Assembly: GCA_012295275.1 (NCBI GenBank)
Contig: CM022670.1
Location: 5,642,001-5,706,000 of the forward strand
DNA length: 64,000 nt
DNA from: Chrysomallon squamiferum
Taxonomy: Eukaryota; Animalia; Mollusca
Reading direction: 5' to 3'
The translations under genes were made by a program, and so were the position numbers. Positions 14,601 to 26,686 of the stretch are shown here, piece after piece; the stretch's first letter is position 1, and each line of letters begins with the position of its first letter. The notes under the pieces were generated by a model. That model worked only from the letters and a program-made list of their open reading frames with translations, was not told where the DNA came from and did no database searches.

Positions 14601-15249
14601 TAACATCTAGTGACTGATATAATATACAGTACAAACCTTTCCTCTCACATAGAACTGATACTGTCTGATGTAACATCTAGTGACTGATATAATATACAGT
14701 ACAAACCTTTCCTCTCACATAGAACTGATACTGTCTGATGTAACATCTAGTGACTGATATAATATACAGTACAAACCTTTCCTCTCACATAGAACTGATA
14801 CTGTCTGATGTAACATCTAGTGACTGATATAATATACAGTACTGAACTTTCCTCTCACATAGAACTGATACTGTCTGATGTAATATCTAGTGACTGATAT
14901 AATATACAGTACTAACCTTTCCTCTCACATAGAACTGATACTGTCTGATGTAACATCTAGTGACTGATATAATATACAGTACTGACCTTTCCTCTCACAT
15001 AGAACTGATACTGTCTGATGTAACATCTAGTGACTGATATAATATACAGTTCAAACCTTTCCTCTCACATAGAACTGATACTGTCTGATGTAACATCTAG
15101 TGATGGATATAATATACAGTACTGACCTTTCCTCTCACATAGAACTGATACTGTCTGATGGTGTGTAGAAGAGACAGAGAATCTTTTCCTCCAGACAGAC
15201 ACACAAGAACTCGGTCTCCAGGCTGTATCATGTTGTACTCCTCTATGGC
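11630..15249 (-). CDS. ttcA: TtcA/PP-loop ATPase domain of gene B (exons 19-25)
   Basis: Spliced translation reads [35 protein letters not shown]...[46 protein letters not shown]...[47 protein letters not shown]. This has a PP-loop plus two CxxC motifs as in bacterial TtcA, and no flanking Zn-finger CxxC sets of the TtuA/Ncs6/CTU1 type are visible. The symbol indicates family only. Confidence 0.85.
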
Positions 15250-17691
15250 CTGGAGTGAAATAATTTATTTTATAAGCTAATTTTAGGGGCTGTGTTTCCT
15301 GTAGATGGTTACTGGGAAATTTTTAATTAGAGTTAGTATTCATTTGAAAGTAATATTAACTACACTGCTCCATACTGACAGAATATATCATATTTCTGAT
15401 ATTTAAATTACCTATTTCTAGGTATTGTGTTTATCTGAAAACTAGCTGATATTATATAATGTTATATAATCAAGTTATACAGTGATGTAATGTAAGAGTA
15501 CATACCTTAACTAATGGTTTGAAGATAATTTTAGGAGGTGACACCCATTTGTTGTTATGCTTTGAGGTATCAAATGTAGAAACTGTTCTCACGTTTGTGT
15601 CAAGATGTGCCTGTGCTTTGTCTCTGTGAATAGTATTTTTTCTAACTTTATCATCAAAACCTGATCTCTTTTCTTCTCTCTTGATTAACAAACATTTATC
15701 AGACTTGTCCTCCTTCTGTCTGCATGTTTCGATGTTTCTGTCAGTCTGAACTCCAAGTTTTGAGTGTTTGGTTACAGCAGACACACTGTGTGATGTGTCA
15801 TTTCCCTCCTCACTGCCATCTCTAACCTCAACTGACAGGTCTTCCACAGCACAACAAACACATCTATTGTTTCCAATTTCATTTTTCTCATCTTGCATTT
15901 TATCTACTAATACATCACACAACTGCTACCACTGACAGACATCCCAGATATGTCTTGCTTTTCAATCACAGAGTGACACTGTGCACTTTGAACCTCAGTG
16001 TGTCCAGTGATGTTACTTACTTCTCCTGTATTCTCACTGCTTCCACTGTCTTCAGTGTGTGACTCAGCTCTACACTCACTTTGTGACACAGCTGTATTTT
16101 TATAACACTGGTTAAACCTGGATTGCAGTGACAGGGGAATGAATGGTAGTGATTCTAGGGGCAGATGAATTACTCTTCCATTGTGCAGACACTCATAAGC
16201 TTCACTAGGAAGAACAAACCACCTGAATGGTTCACTCTCCTCATCAAACAACAGTGTCTGATCTGACAGTAACACTTTACTCTGAAATATTCATATTTTA
16301 CTCTGAAGTATTCATACTTTACTCTGAAATATTTATATTTAGTCTAAATTATTTATACTTTACTCTGAAATATTTAAACTCTACTCTGAATTTATTATAT
16401 TGTACTCTGAAATATTTATACTTTACTCTGAAATATTCACACTCTACTCTGAAATATTCCTACATTATTCTGAAATATTAATACTTTACTGTGAAATATT
16501 TATACATTTCTCTGAAATATCATACTCTACTCGGAAATATTCATACTTTACTGTGAAATATACATACTTTACTGTGAAATATTCATACTTTACTCTGAAC
16601 TATTTATAAAATAAAACTACACTCAAATTTTTATTTCATTTTACTGTCAAATATTTATAAATTAAGTTTACTCTGGATTATTATTAGAATGACTTTAATA
16701 CTTTACTAATATAATTTTAACAATTAAACTTACTGTATGTTTAATAATTTATGTTTGAAATAATAACATTGGTAAGAGTACTAATTGACATTTTAGTTTG
16801 AAATATTAATACTTAAACAGTAAATGACCAAACTGAGATATGCTAAATCTGAAACACCTAATATAACATTTCTTTTTTTGTGTGTCCACTCTCTTAGATG
16901 TGTACAGTACTTTGTATATCAGATGTCACTACAGTATATCAAAAAGATGTTTACCTTCTTACAACTAGTGAATATCTCTCTAGCCATTTGCAAACATTCC
17001 TGAATTAAAAATTATAAACAGAAGTACATTACATAAAACAGCAACATATATTTTGTTGACCTCAATATCAAATACAATTAATAGTAAATTATTAAGAAAT
17101 AAATTAATAATACATTTATTCAAAATAATAAAAGTTAAAAATACATTAATGGATCAATCAATACATTAAATTAGCTTTAACAGTATTTCTCCACATAAAC
17201 TGGTATCAGTTGTTATAAGCAAATAGTAAACAAACAAACAAACAGACAAAAAGATAAACCAACCTGGTAGTCTTTTGGAAGTGAAGCTTTTTCAGTTTGA
17301 GGAGGAATTTTTAATTTCATTTCTCCAGTCTTGTATGATATGTGACCCAACCATTTCCGATCCTTAAATGCCTGGCAAATAACAATAACAATAACAATAA
17401 CAATAACAATAACAATAACAACAACAACAGTAGTAATAATAGTTACAATAATAATATTATTAATATGATTTTAACAAATGCTATATTAGCAATTTGATTT
17501 TTGTCTGGAAGGGTTATAATCTGCTTAGTTATTTTTTTCAATTTTGTTTTTCAATATATTTTTATTCTATCACTATATTAAATATATATAAATTATTTTG
17601 TCAGTATATGAAATATATAAAATGTTTTCAAACCTGAAAGTTCTTCTTTCTCCATTCTCCTGTTTCTGGATTAAAATTATACTAAGAAAAA

Positions 17692-17738
<47 letters not shown>

Positions 17739-20700
17739 ATTGCATTAACTGTATGTTGTGTAACAATTCTAACAGGAAATTATGTGTTGTGATATGTTAC
17801 TAGACTATATTGTGATATGTAACTACACTGTGATATCTTACTCTACAGTGATATTAGACTGTAAACTGCAAAAGTGAAATGTATACTGTGATGTCTCATT
17901 AAACCATGACACTTGACTGTACAATGCAACACCTTGCTGTACAGTGAAAATGTGATATCTCACTATAGTGATAATAGACTGAATATTATGGTATCTTATT
18001 ATACTGCACTACTACACTGTATAATGTGATATCTCATTACACTGCAATACTAGACTGTATGTTGTGATATCTCATTATACTCTGATATCTCACTATACTG
18101 TGATACCAGACTGTATATTGTGATATCTTGTCATACTTTGATATCTCACTATACTTTGATACTAGACTGAATGCTGTAATATCTCATTAAACTTTAGTAT
18201 AATAGATTAAGTCACTATACCTGAGGTAGCAGACTGTGTGCATGCTGAGCTACAAGATGGATGGCTTCCAGTACAAACTGCAGACAGCTGTCATCAATGA
18301 AGTATGGCAGACTGAGCCTGGTAAATCCAGGTCTGACAGACAGAAGACATTTTACATAGACTTTTTGTTATAGCAGAAATATTTCATTATATAACAAGAA
18401 TGCTTTATTGTTTTTTGTTAGTTATGGAAAGTGAAACCTTGAAAAGAAAATAAATGCACATATATGATTAACAAAAATATATTCATTTGAGTACTAAAAG
18501 CAGAAAACTTTATATAGCTGTTTAGTTAAACATTATTTAAACACTGTATCCCAGTCATATTAAATGTGTAAAGTTTTGTATCCTCCTTTTGTTTGTCATA
18601 TATCTTCATTTTTACCTAAATGAGAAAAACAAATTTCAGGGCAGGAGCAAATTCTGCCACATCAGTGTGTAAGCTATAAACATGACAAAAACAAACCTGA
18701 GTATTTCCTTGTGTGAACATTCTCGAAGTCTTCTCAAGTGAACTCTGTCCAAACGCCTGCAACAATAACAGGTTTAATGTTTCATTTTCTAATGATTCAT
18801 GGATATTTTTCAAGTACTCAAAAAATTGTAGTTCAGTTTAATATGAAAGAGGAAAACTAATTTCAACTGAAAGGTTATCCATTTATTTATCTCAGTAATT
18901 TAATTTAGCAATAACTCCTAAGATTATTGTGAATTTATAAAAGCTTTCTTTATAACATTGTTTAAACTTACCAATCTTCCAATAAAAGATTTTCCAACAT
19001 CTCTGCTTTCAGTTCACCTAAACCTAGTAAATCCTGAAATATAGAGAACAGTGTCACTTCCAAGGATATCAAAAATGGACATTCACCAGCTAAGAGTTAT
19101 AATTAGATACTGAATAAAATAATCTATCTGTGTAAAAATAAATGACAGAGTGAAACAGATTACCAGAGCATAGGGTCCTGCACAAGCACAGCCTCCCCGG
19201 GCCTGAATTCCAAACAAGTCGTTGAGAACTGCACTGACAAAGTTGTAGTGTAGGAATCTGCCTGTTTCAGGGTGATATATGAGAAACGAAAACACAGGAA
19301 GTCGAGGGACATCCAGGTTTCCCAAAATAACCAGATTTTCACAATCCTTCCAGTACTTCTTAGCTTTTCTGTAACAAATTATTAAAAATATGAAAGAATG
19401 TAATATAACATTCAAGATTTTAATTTTTTTTTATTTCAGAAAATCAGAAAATCAATCAATGTAATTTGAAATTATTATTCATGATTCAGTAATTACATTA
19501 AAGAACACAAATGCAAAATAAAAATTCAGAATTCATTGAGATATTATTAAAAGACAGCAAATCCTCTCACTCAAGGAGAAATGTTTCTCTCTCCATGATT
19601 GTGTCAACAGTGACAGCCTCCTTCAGCTGAAACACCAATCCAGCTCGCACAGACTCCACAATGGCAGGAGTCCCTCCTTCCTCTCTCATCTCTGGCTCCT
19701 TAAGATAGCGATGACTTTCTCGTCGAACCTGTAACAGAAACACCCAAAATTGATCTGATGAAGTAAAACTGAAACTCAAGCTAATTAAGTTAATAAAGTC
19801 AACAAACTACTCACAAAGAAAACTGATCCACCTCCTCCACATTCAGGTACAGTGTTACAAAACAGATACTTCTTGGCTACCAGTACACCTGACATAAAAA
19901 CATTTAGTATTATCTGTGCTGTGACAAACACTTTTATCAGTGTACATCAGTTAAATTACAAAATGTGTTGTTAGTTAACTTGTAATATATTTGATAACTG
20001 CATAATACAAAAAAGTAATTTTACTGTTACAACAGTAAAGGAATCTATTTTCTGTCAGAAATATAAAACAGTGTTTAGCATTTAGTGATTATAATTTAAA
20101 CACTTTTTACATTAAATATATCTTTTGCTCAATAAAGATCATATTCCATTCAAAGTCTTAATTATTAAAAACAAACTGAAATCAACCTTGGTAATCACTG
20201 TTGTATTAATCTTTCAAAACATCTTCAATGACACATTATTTAACACACAGTAAAAATCAACATTATTACAAAATCACCTGGTGTTGACACTCCACCTATA
20301 AACTTGTGTGGTGACAGGAAAACAGCATCTTTATACACAAACTTTTCATTATCTCTATAAAATAAAAAATTTACATCAGTTTTTCTAATAATAGCTTTTC
20401 ACATGAAATTATCTTTGAAAAAAAAATGAAAACAAATAGCATCCTATTAAATAAGCAGTATTAACAAGAGTTGTCACTCAACTAGCAATGATTTACTAAC
20501 CCCATAACCACAGGGTTCATATCAATGTTCACATATGGTGCCGCTGTTGCATAGTCCCAAAACGAAAGAGCGCCGTGACGATGAAGACATGCTGTGATGT
20601 TGTCAACATCAGCCAGGATGCCAGTGATGTTGGATGCAGCACTGAAAGAACCAATCAGCTGCCTTTTTGAGTTTTTCCATTTCTGAAACAGACCATTCAT

Positions 20701-23384
20701 AATGTACATTCTACTCTGTGTGAGTGTGTGTGTGTTTAAGTGTGGTTGGCTGTGTGTGTGTATATATACACACACTCACACACTGTGTACACATTTTGAG
20801 TTTGAGGGCTATTTAAATGTTAAACCTTCCTATCTAAACTTATAAATTATTTTTAAAAACAATGTCTTAACAAAATATATGAGATAATAATTTTGAGTAT
20901 GAGTGTCACAAAATCCAATATTAGACAGTTGAAATATCATTTAGCAAACATATTTCTATTAAAGAGAAAAAAAAATAATTGATAAAAAACTTAGACATAT
21001 AACATATATTTCTGGTGGAGGAGAATAAATATTTACCTGAAGCTGTGTTTCCAGATAGCCTATATCAATTAATCCATTGTCAAGCTGTTTTATTCTGACT
21101 ACCTGCAAAACAACATAATGATATTACTTCTCAAAACATTTCAGTTAATTATCCAATAAAAAATTAATGTTAGTTGTAAGAAAAATTTCACTGTATTTCA
21201 AAAAAAAAAATTAATTCAGATCAGAAAAAAATTATCAAACTAATATATTTCTAAAAGTTACAAACCTCTGCAGTGATTTCCTTCCATGGCAGCAGGTTTG
21301 AGTGGTGCTCGTAGGGTCCCACAAACACAACCTGCAATCAAACACTAGCATTTACAATGTTATTCTTTGTATGCCTCTTTACAAGTATCAAACAAGCAGT
21401 CACACCTAGAATGTTTTATCTTTATACAGTTTTGTCTTTGTTTTAGACCTTGAAAATTTAACACATACAGTAGAAAATAAGTGGTTCACATCGACCAGTG
21501 GGCTCCTAGCATGTTTAGGTGAAGGATGTATGTCAGAATAACTGATGTTATAATATGTATGTTATAACCCACAATAAACTGATATCTGTAGAAGGTGTTC
21601 TCTTTCTCTTGTGTCTTCATTAAGGATTTAACTGATTATAATTTACTCACTAAATTTTGATATCTAATAATTAATTAAAGTTTTATTTAAACTTGAATAA
21701 ATATCATTGCAAATTATTGCAAGTTTGGTTGATTTTCCAATTTTACAGCTGCTGTGCATCATGGAATTAATATTATAATGTTCTGTCTAGTTATTGTACT
21801 GTCCAACTACTGAAGGACTGTGTACTATCTACTTACTAAAGGACTATGTACTATCTTATTACTGAAGGACTATGTACTATCTAGTTACTGAATGACTATG
21901 TACTATCTAATTACTGAAGTACTATATACTATCTTGTTACTGAAGGACTATGTACTATCTAATTACTGAAGTACTATATACTATCTTGTTACTGAAGGAC
22001 TATGTACTATATTGTTACTGAAGGACTATATACTATCTAGTTACTGAAGGACTATGTTCTGTCTACTTACTGAAGGACTATGTTCTGTCTACTTACTGGA
22101 TTTTCTAGTTTGAGTGCATGAATAAGTTTATGGATTGCCCCAGTTGTTCCACTTCCAACAAATATCACTGAGTCATGCTCACTGGCATTCACAGACTTTC
22201 TTATTATGTCTCTGTTATAAAATCACAAAGAATACTAAAGTTAACATCTTGAGTAGAAACACATTACATCTAATCTTCTTACAATATTAAAATTAGACAG
22301 TTGGCTATAGTGAAAATTAAACAAGTAGTTAGCTATAGCAAAATGTAAAATATACTGATAGAACAGTTACCTGTAGTGTAATATAAATATACTAACCTAG
22401 CAGTTATCTATACTGAAATGTAAAGTTCAGTATTAGAACAGTTATGTATAGTTAAATATGAAATATATTAATAGAACAGTTAAATGCAAGATACACTAAC
22501 AGAACAGGAGCCTACAGTTATTTAAGCTACACTAACCTTGCCTCATGACGGAACAGCGTTGTCTGCAGTGAAGTGACTCCGGTTGTTGTGTGTGTGTTGC
22601 CATATTCAGGAAGAACTTCATCGCAAATGTAATCTTCTATAAAACTCAGAGCTCTGAAAAGTTTATATCAAACAAGTAACAGTCAAAAGAAAAGAGTAAT
22701 TTACTGTATCTGAAGTATCATATGAAACCTGATTCTTTTTCTTAATAATAAATAACAATAATCTAGTTTTAAAAAGCAACTCTGATATTGTTTATTGAAA
22801 GTACAGCAGATATTACCTTCCTGAAGCTATGTAATCCAGGTAGACTACTGAAAATAAACAAAAGCAAATACCACTAATTAAATTATAAACAAGAGTTACT
22901 AACAAATTAAATATAAACCTGAAAATCCAGTTATAATAACAATGAAGCCTCAAGTCAGTTATATTATCATTAATGAAAACATGAAGTAAATAAAATATAA
23001 AATACACACATATATTTCCCTATCAAATCTATCTGTTAACAAAATAGAAAGAACAATTATTTTTAAAACAACATTTATATCACATAAATGATGTAAATGA
23101 GATATATATTTATCTCACATGTAGTGAACATAATTTGGTGATTTGATGTATATACAGACAGACAAAGAGACAGATAGATATCAATTTCATAAGTAGTCTT
23201 ATTGATACATACCTTTTCTTAGCCCAAATGGACCACTAAAATGCTTGTCACAGCCAATCACATTTTCTCTTATATAATTTAAAAGTTTTTCTTTACTGTC
23301 TTTGCCACAGGTGTTTGCATCGTCTTTTGTTTGTGTGGCATCTTGTGGTAAGGAGTAAAATATCCGATCAGCTGGTGATGTCAT
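11630..23384 (-). CDS. Cysteine desulfurase (aminotransferase class V)-TtcA-like tRNA 2-thiolase fusion; 25 coding exons, ~1065 aa if the exon-18 frameshift is corrected (gene B)
   Basis: Exons with GT-AG and consistent phases: 23213-23384, 22817-22847, 22537-22653, 22097-22211, 21266-21331, 21037-21102, 20501-20682, 20278-20354, 19815-19888, 19571-19728, 19164-19368, 18972-19033, 18697-18756, 18221-18332, 17634-17681, 17264-17371, 16955-16999, 15506-16281, 15127-15249, 13807-13924, 13278-13431, 12889-12951, 12547-12619, 12223-12276, 11630-11770 (TAA). Desulfurase motifs: [42 protein letters not shown] (PLP lysine), [13 protein letters not shown]. TtcA motifs: [27 protein letters not shown]. 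Confidence 0.9.
13413..13648. repeat. 37-bp tandem repeat duplicating the gene B exon 21 acceptor
   Basis: Unit tcagctgtctctataatacctgtaaaataaacacaaa at 13413, 13450, 13487, 13524 and 13561, plus degenerate copies. Confidence 0.95.
14522..15160. repeat. 70-bp tandem repeat (9 copies) duplicating the gene B exon 19 3' end and donor
   Basis: cctctcacatagaactgata recurs every 70 nt from 14571 to 15131. Confidence 0.95.
16275..16620. repeat. 21-bp minisatellite duplicating the gene B exon 18 acceptor
   Basis: Unit ctttactctgaaatattcata. Confidence 0.9.
21805..22096. repeat. 26-bp minisatellite abutting the gene B exon 4 donor
   Basis: Same unit as 4028-4600, about 11 copies. Confidence 0.95.
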
Positions 23385-24657
23385 TTTTTTTTATTTTTTA
23401 AATTCAGTATTAATTCTGCTCCAGATAACTGTAATATAAACACTAACAAATGATTGCAATGAAAAATATCCAAGTAAATACAGACATCAGGCACCTGATG
23501 TTAAGTAGATTTGCAACCAATATGATAAAATATGACTTATATTTCTACATCTTGTTAATACTTACATACGAATCAAATAAATATCTATAATCAAATTTTT
23601 TCTTCCAGTAACTGATTTTACTCATATGCAATCTTTTAATGTTTTATATTTCAGCAAAAAGTTTGTTTTGATTTAACTTTTAAGTAATTTAGTATGTGTT
23701 ATCAATTTGTTCAAATTTAATGTCATTTGGTAAAATATTTCCTATAATTAACATTAATTTGAACTGTATATTTGTTTTTGTTTTTACTATTCACTATTTT
23801 AAGTATTTATTTAGTATTCATCAAAAATGATCAATCACCGTATCGTCACAATAACGTCAACAGTCTTCTTGTCGATGACATATTCACCAGAGCACATGTG
23901 GTTCTTTACTTTTAACTGAATTGAATTTAATAAAAAAAAAAAATTATTTCACTTTTAAAAATACTGAATATAAATGACCGTATAACAAATTTGTCAATGT
24001 TTTACTCTAATTACGATAATTTTAATACTGCGGGCAGACAACCAATCATAGACTGTAATTCACCGTTTACTTTATAATGCTAACAAAGGCGTAATGCGTA
24101 GAAAGTATAGTTTATAAACATTGAACGATTACGTTGAAAAATAGGATCACCGACTATTAAGGTGGTATCACGATAAATAGATACTTTACTTGGTGTTATT
24201 CTTATTTTGAATTAATACTACTTGTGTTAATATTATAAGAAATATTGTTTATTTGTTTCTGAAAATGTTTTGACATTTCTAACTCTCTTTGGTTCTAATA
24301 TCGACAGATCCATAAATTCGTTATCTCCTACAATTCCTGGTTTTGATTATATTTATTTCATCGATTACTTGCATACGAACTCTCCATTTTTGTTTTAATT
24401 AATATTAACATTCTTTCTATAGCTTGTTTGAATTTTAATCTTAATATGTTGGTACATTTATTACTAAATGATACACATGCCTGTCAGTGTTCTGAAAAAT
24501 ATTCTTGACACAGAGTGAAAGTCAGTGAGGTTGGTGTTTTATAATAAAATTAGGAAAAGCTTTCCTTCTCATCACACTCTTATTATTATTGTTGTTGCTG
24601 TTGTTATGTTAATTTTCAATTTCATCTATAGCTAAACCCAAATGAATAGAAGTAACT
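23385..24657. promoter_or_regulatory. Putative bidirectional promoter / 5' UTR region between gene B and the WD40-SOCS gene
   Basis: The start codons diverge 1.27 kb apart. CpG is locally enriched at about 23830-24380, and there is a CCAAT box at 24042. Acceptor-like sites upstream of both ATGs (about 23429 on minus, 24631 on plus) suggest non-coding first exons in between. Confidence 0.45.
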
Positions 24658-26407
24658 ATGGGGATTCCACTTTCACTCCCTGGTGAAACCAGATCCTTGC
24701 ATTTGGGAACGTTTCCAACAAAGTATCAGTCAAGAATCTCCAGAGTTCGTGCATTACTGCATGGACAATATGAGAATGAGAAATGTTATCCAAGCTTTCC
24801 ATACATACCATATTCAGGATCGTCAACACCATCAGCAGAGGATGGACTTGTTCTGAAGTTCAGAGCTCTACCAGACAAATTAGGTATTTTACTTTCTATC
24901 TGCTGAAGAAAAATTAAATAAGTGATAAATAAATAAACAACAGTGATACCTTTCATTCATCTGATTATATTAATACAAATATATATTAAAACAAACCTTG
25001 TTTTACAATTCTAACCAGTCACTGAAAAATCTTGTGAAAATTGTGTTGATTCACATCTGTTATGATATTTCAAGGTACAAATGACTTACCTTCAGAAGTG
25101 TATTGGTGGGTAGATTCTCAGTTCTTGCCATACAATGACAGTCAACTGATAACAACATGTACAGCATACATCCCAAGAGCAAGGTTTCCATGGTTACCTG
25201 TCAACAACATGCCAGCAGGGAGAATCGTACTGTACAATATCAGCTCTTCACCTGTCAGTAAGTGTACAAATTAAACTGATCTGTGTTTGGAAATATAAAG
25301 TAATTATTTCAGGTTATAAGGCAGCTGTTTTTACAAAAATTGTTTGTATAAAATAGTGTTTGTATTTATTGCAAGTCTGAATTTTATTTATTTATACTTA
25401 TTTATACTTATTTATACTTATTTCCAGGCTGTGAAAATTTTGTACGCACAACAACAAGATCCTATCCCAAAGTTCAGCCTCATCCCCTGGGAGATCTTGT
25501 TGGGTATGTACAGGGAGGTAACTGCAACATACTCAGTCTGAACAATGAGTGTGTTTACTCTCAAAACAAAGATATGATGACAGGGGCATGCAGATTCATG
25601 GCAATCGCTCCTAATGGCATCAGTCTGGCTTTGGTGTGTCGAGGCCAAGGTTTCTACTTTCTGAAGGTTGTCCAGATGGACTGTTTGTTTAGTAAACAGC
25701 GTCAAGCTAGTTGTCACAAACTGTGTCCAGGCTTTGTGGCATGCCGGACATTCACTGACCATGTGGAATGTAAATGGTCACCTGACAGCAAGTTTATAGC
25801 AGTGAGTTCTTCTCTTGGTCAGATGTTTGTCGTTGATGTAGCCACTCTGACTGATGTCACTGTTGTGTGCCAAGACACAACTGCGGACAACATCAGCAAT
25901 GCAGGCTGTTTTGCTTTTGATCCCAGATTTGAGCACCATGTTATAGCTGTTGGAAGCCGTTCTTCACATCAGGTACACATAGTTGATGTCGTGAAGAAGA
26001 CTGTAATAGCAAGTTTTCCTGAAGAGGGCTGCGAGGAAAGCATTGACTGTGTGGAATATAACAAGTGTGGATCAGTCCTTGCAGTTGCCTACCACAACCT
26101 CATCATAAACATACACAACTCCTCAGACATCAAACACATCTACACCATCGACATGACAATGACATTTACCACGCTGTGTACTAAACTTCCTTTTCCACAG
26201 TTCCCATCAATACAGAGACTGAGTTTTAGCTTCAGTGGAAACCTGCTGTCTGCCTCCACTTGTGACGGGTTTGTGTCGGTGTGGAACATCCCCGTAAACT
26301 TTACACTTGCCTTCTTCTGCAAACTAAAAATCCTCTCCACAATTCCCGTAAGGAGGGTTAAAAAACTGAACTTACCAGCAAAAGTGAAACATTATTTACT
26401 TTCATAA
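24658..26407 (+). CDS. WD40-repeat / SOCS-box protein (WSB-like architecture), 3 exons, 462 aa
   Basis: Exons 24658-24883, 25075-25257 and 25428-26407 join in frame through two phase-1 introns. WD-like repeats: CKWSPDSKFIAVSS, CVEYNKCGSVLAVA, LSFSFSGNLLSASTCDGFVSVWN. C-terminal SOCS box: TLAFFCKLKI...LNLPAKVKHYLLS. Confidence 0.8.
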
Positions 26408-26646
26408 TTACTTGATGAGGTTTGGTAAAAATACACTTTTCTGATTATTGTGTCATTTGTTTATTAATTGGAATCAAACAGTAACACAAAGATATATTCA
26501 ATATGCTAAAAAATGCACAATACTGAACAATACATAGGTCATGTTGTTGTCATTGTGACTCATAAACACAGATTTTTAATATGACAGTTATTTACATCTA
26601 TAAGTGAAATTTCATATTTCTCTGAAAATAACCATATGTATTAAAT

Positions 26647-26686
<40 letters not shown>

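Noticed and set aside
11630-15249. Bacterial contamination, or identity as CTU1/Ncs6 or molybdenum cofactor sulfurase
   Set aside because: Spliceosomal introns occur throughout, the TtuA-type Zn-finger motifs are absent, and the C-terminal domain is a PP-loop rather than MOSC.
25418-25762. Antisense ORFs over the WD40-SOCS and TRPC exons (also 26140-26340, 62523-62765)
   Set aside because: They are shadow ORFs of real plus-strand coding sequence.
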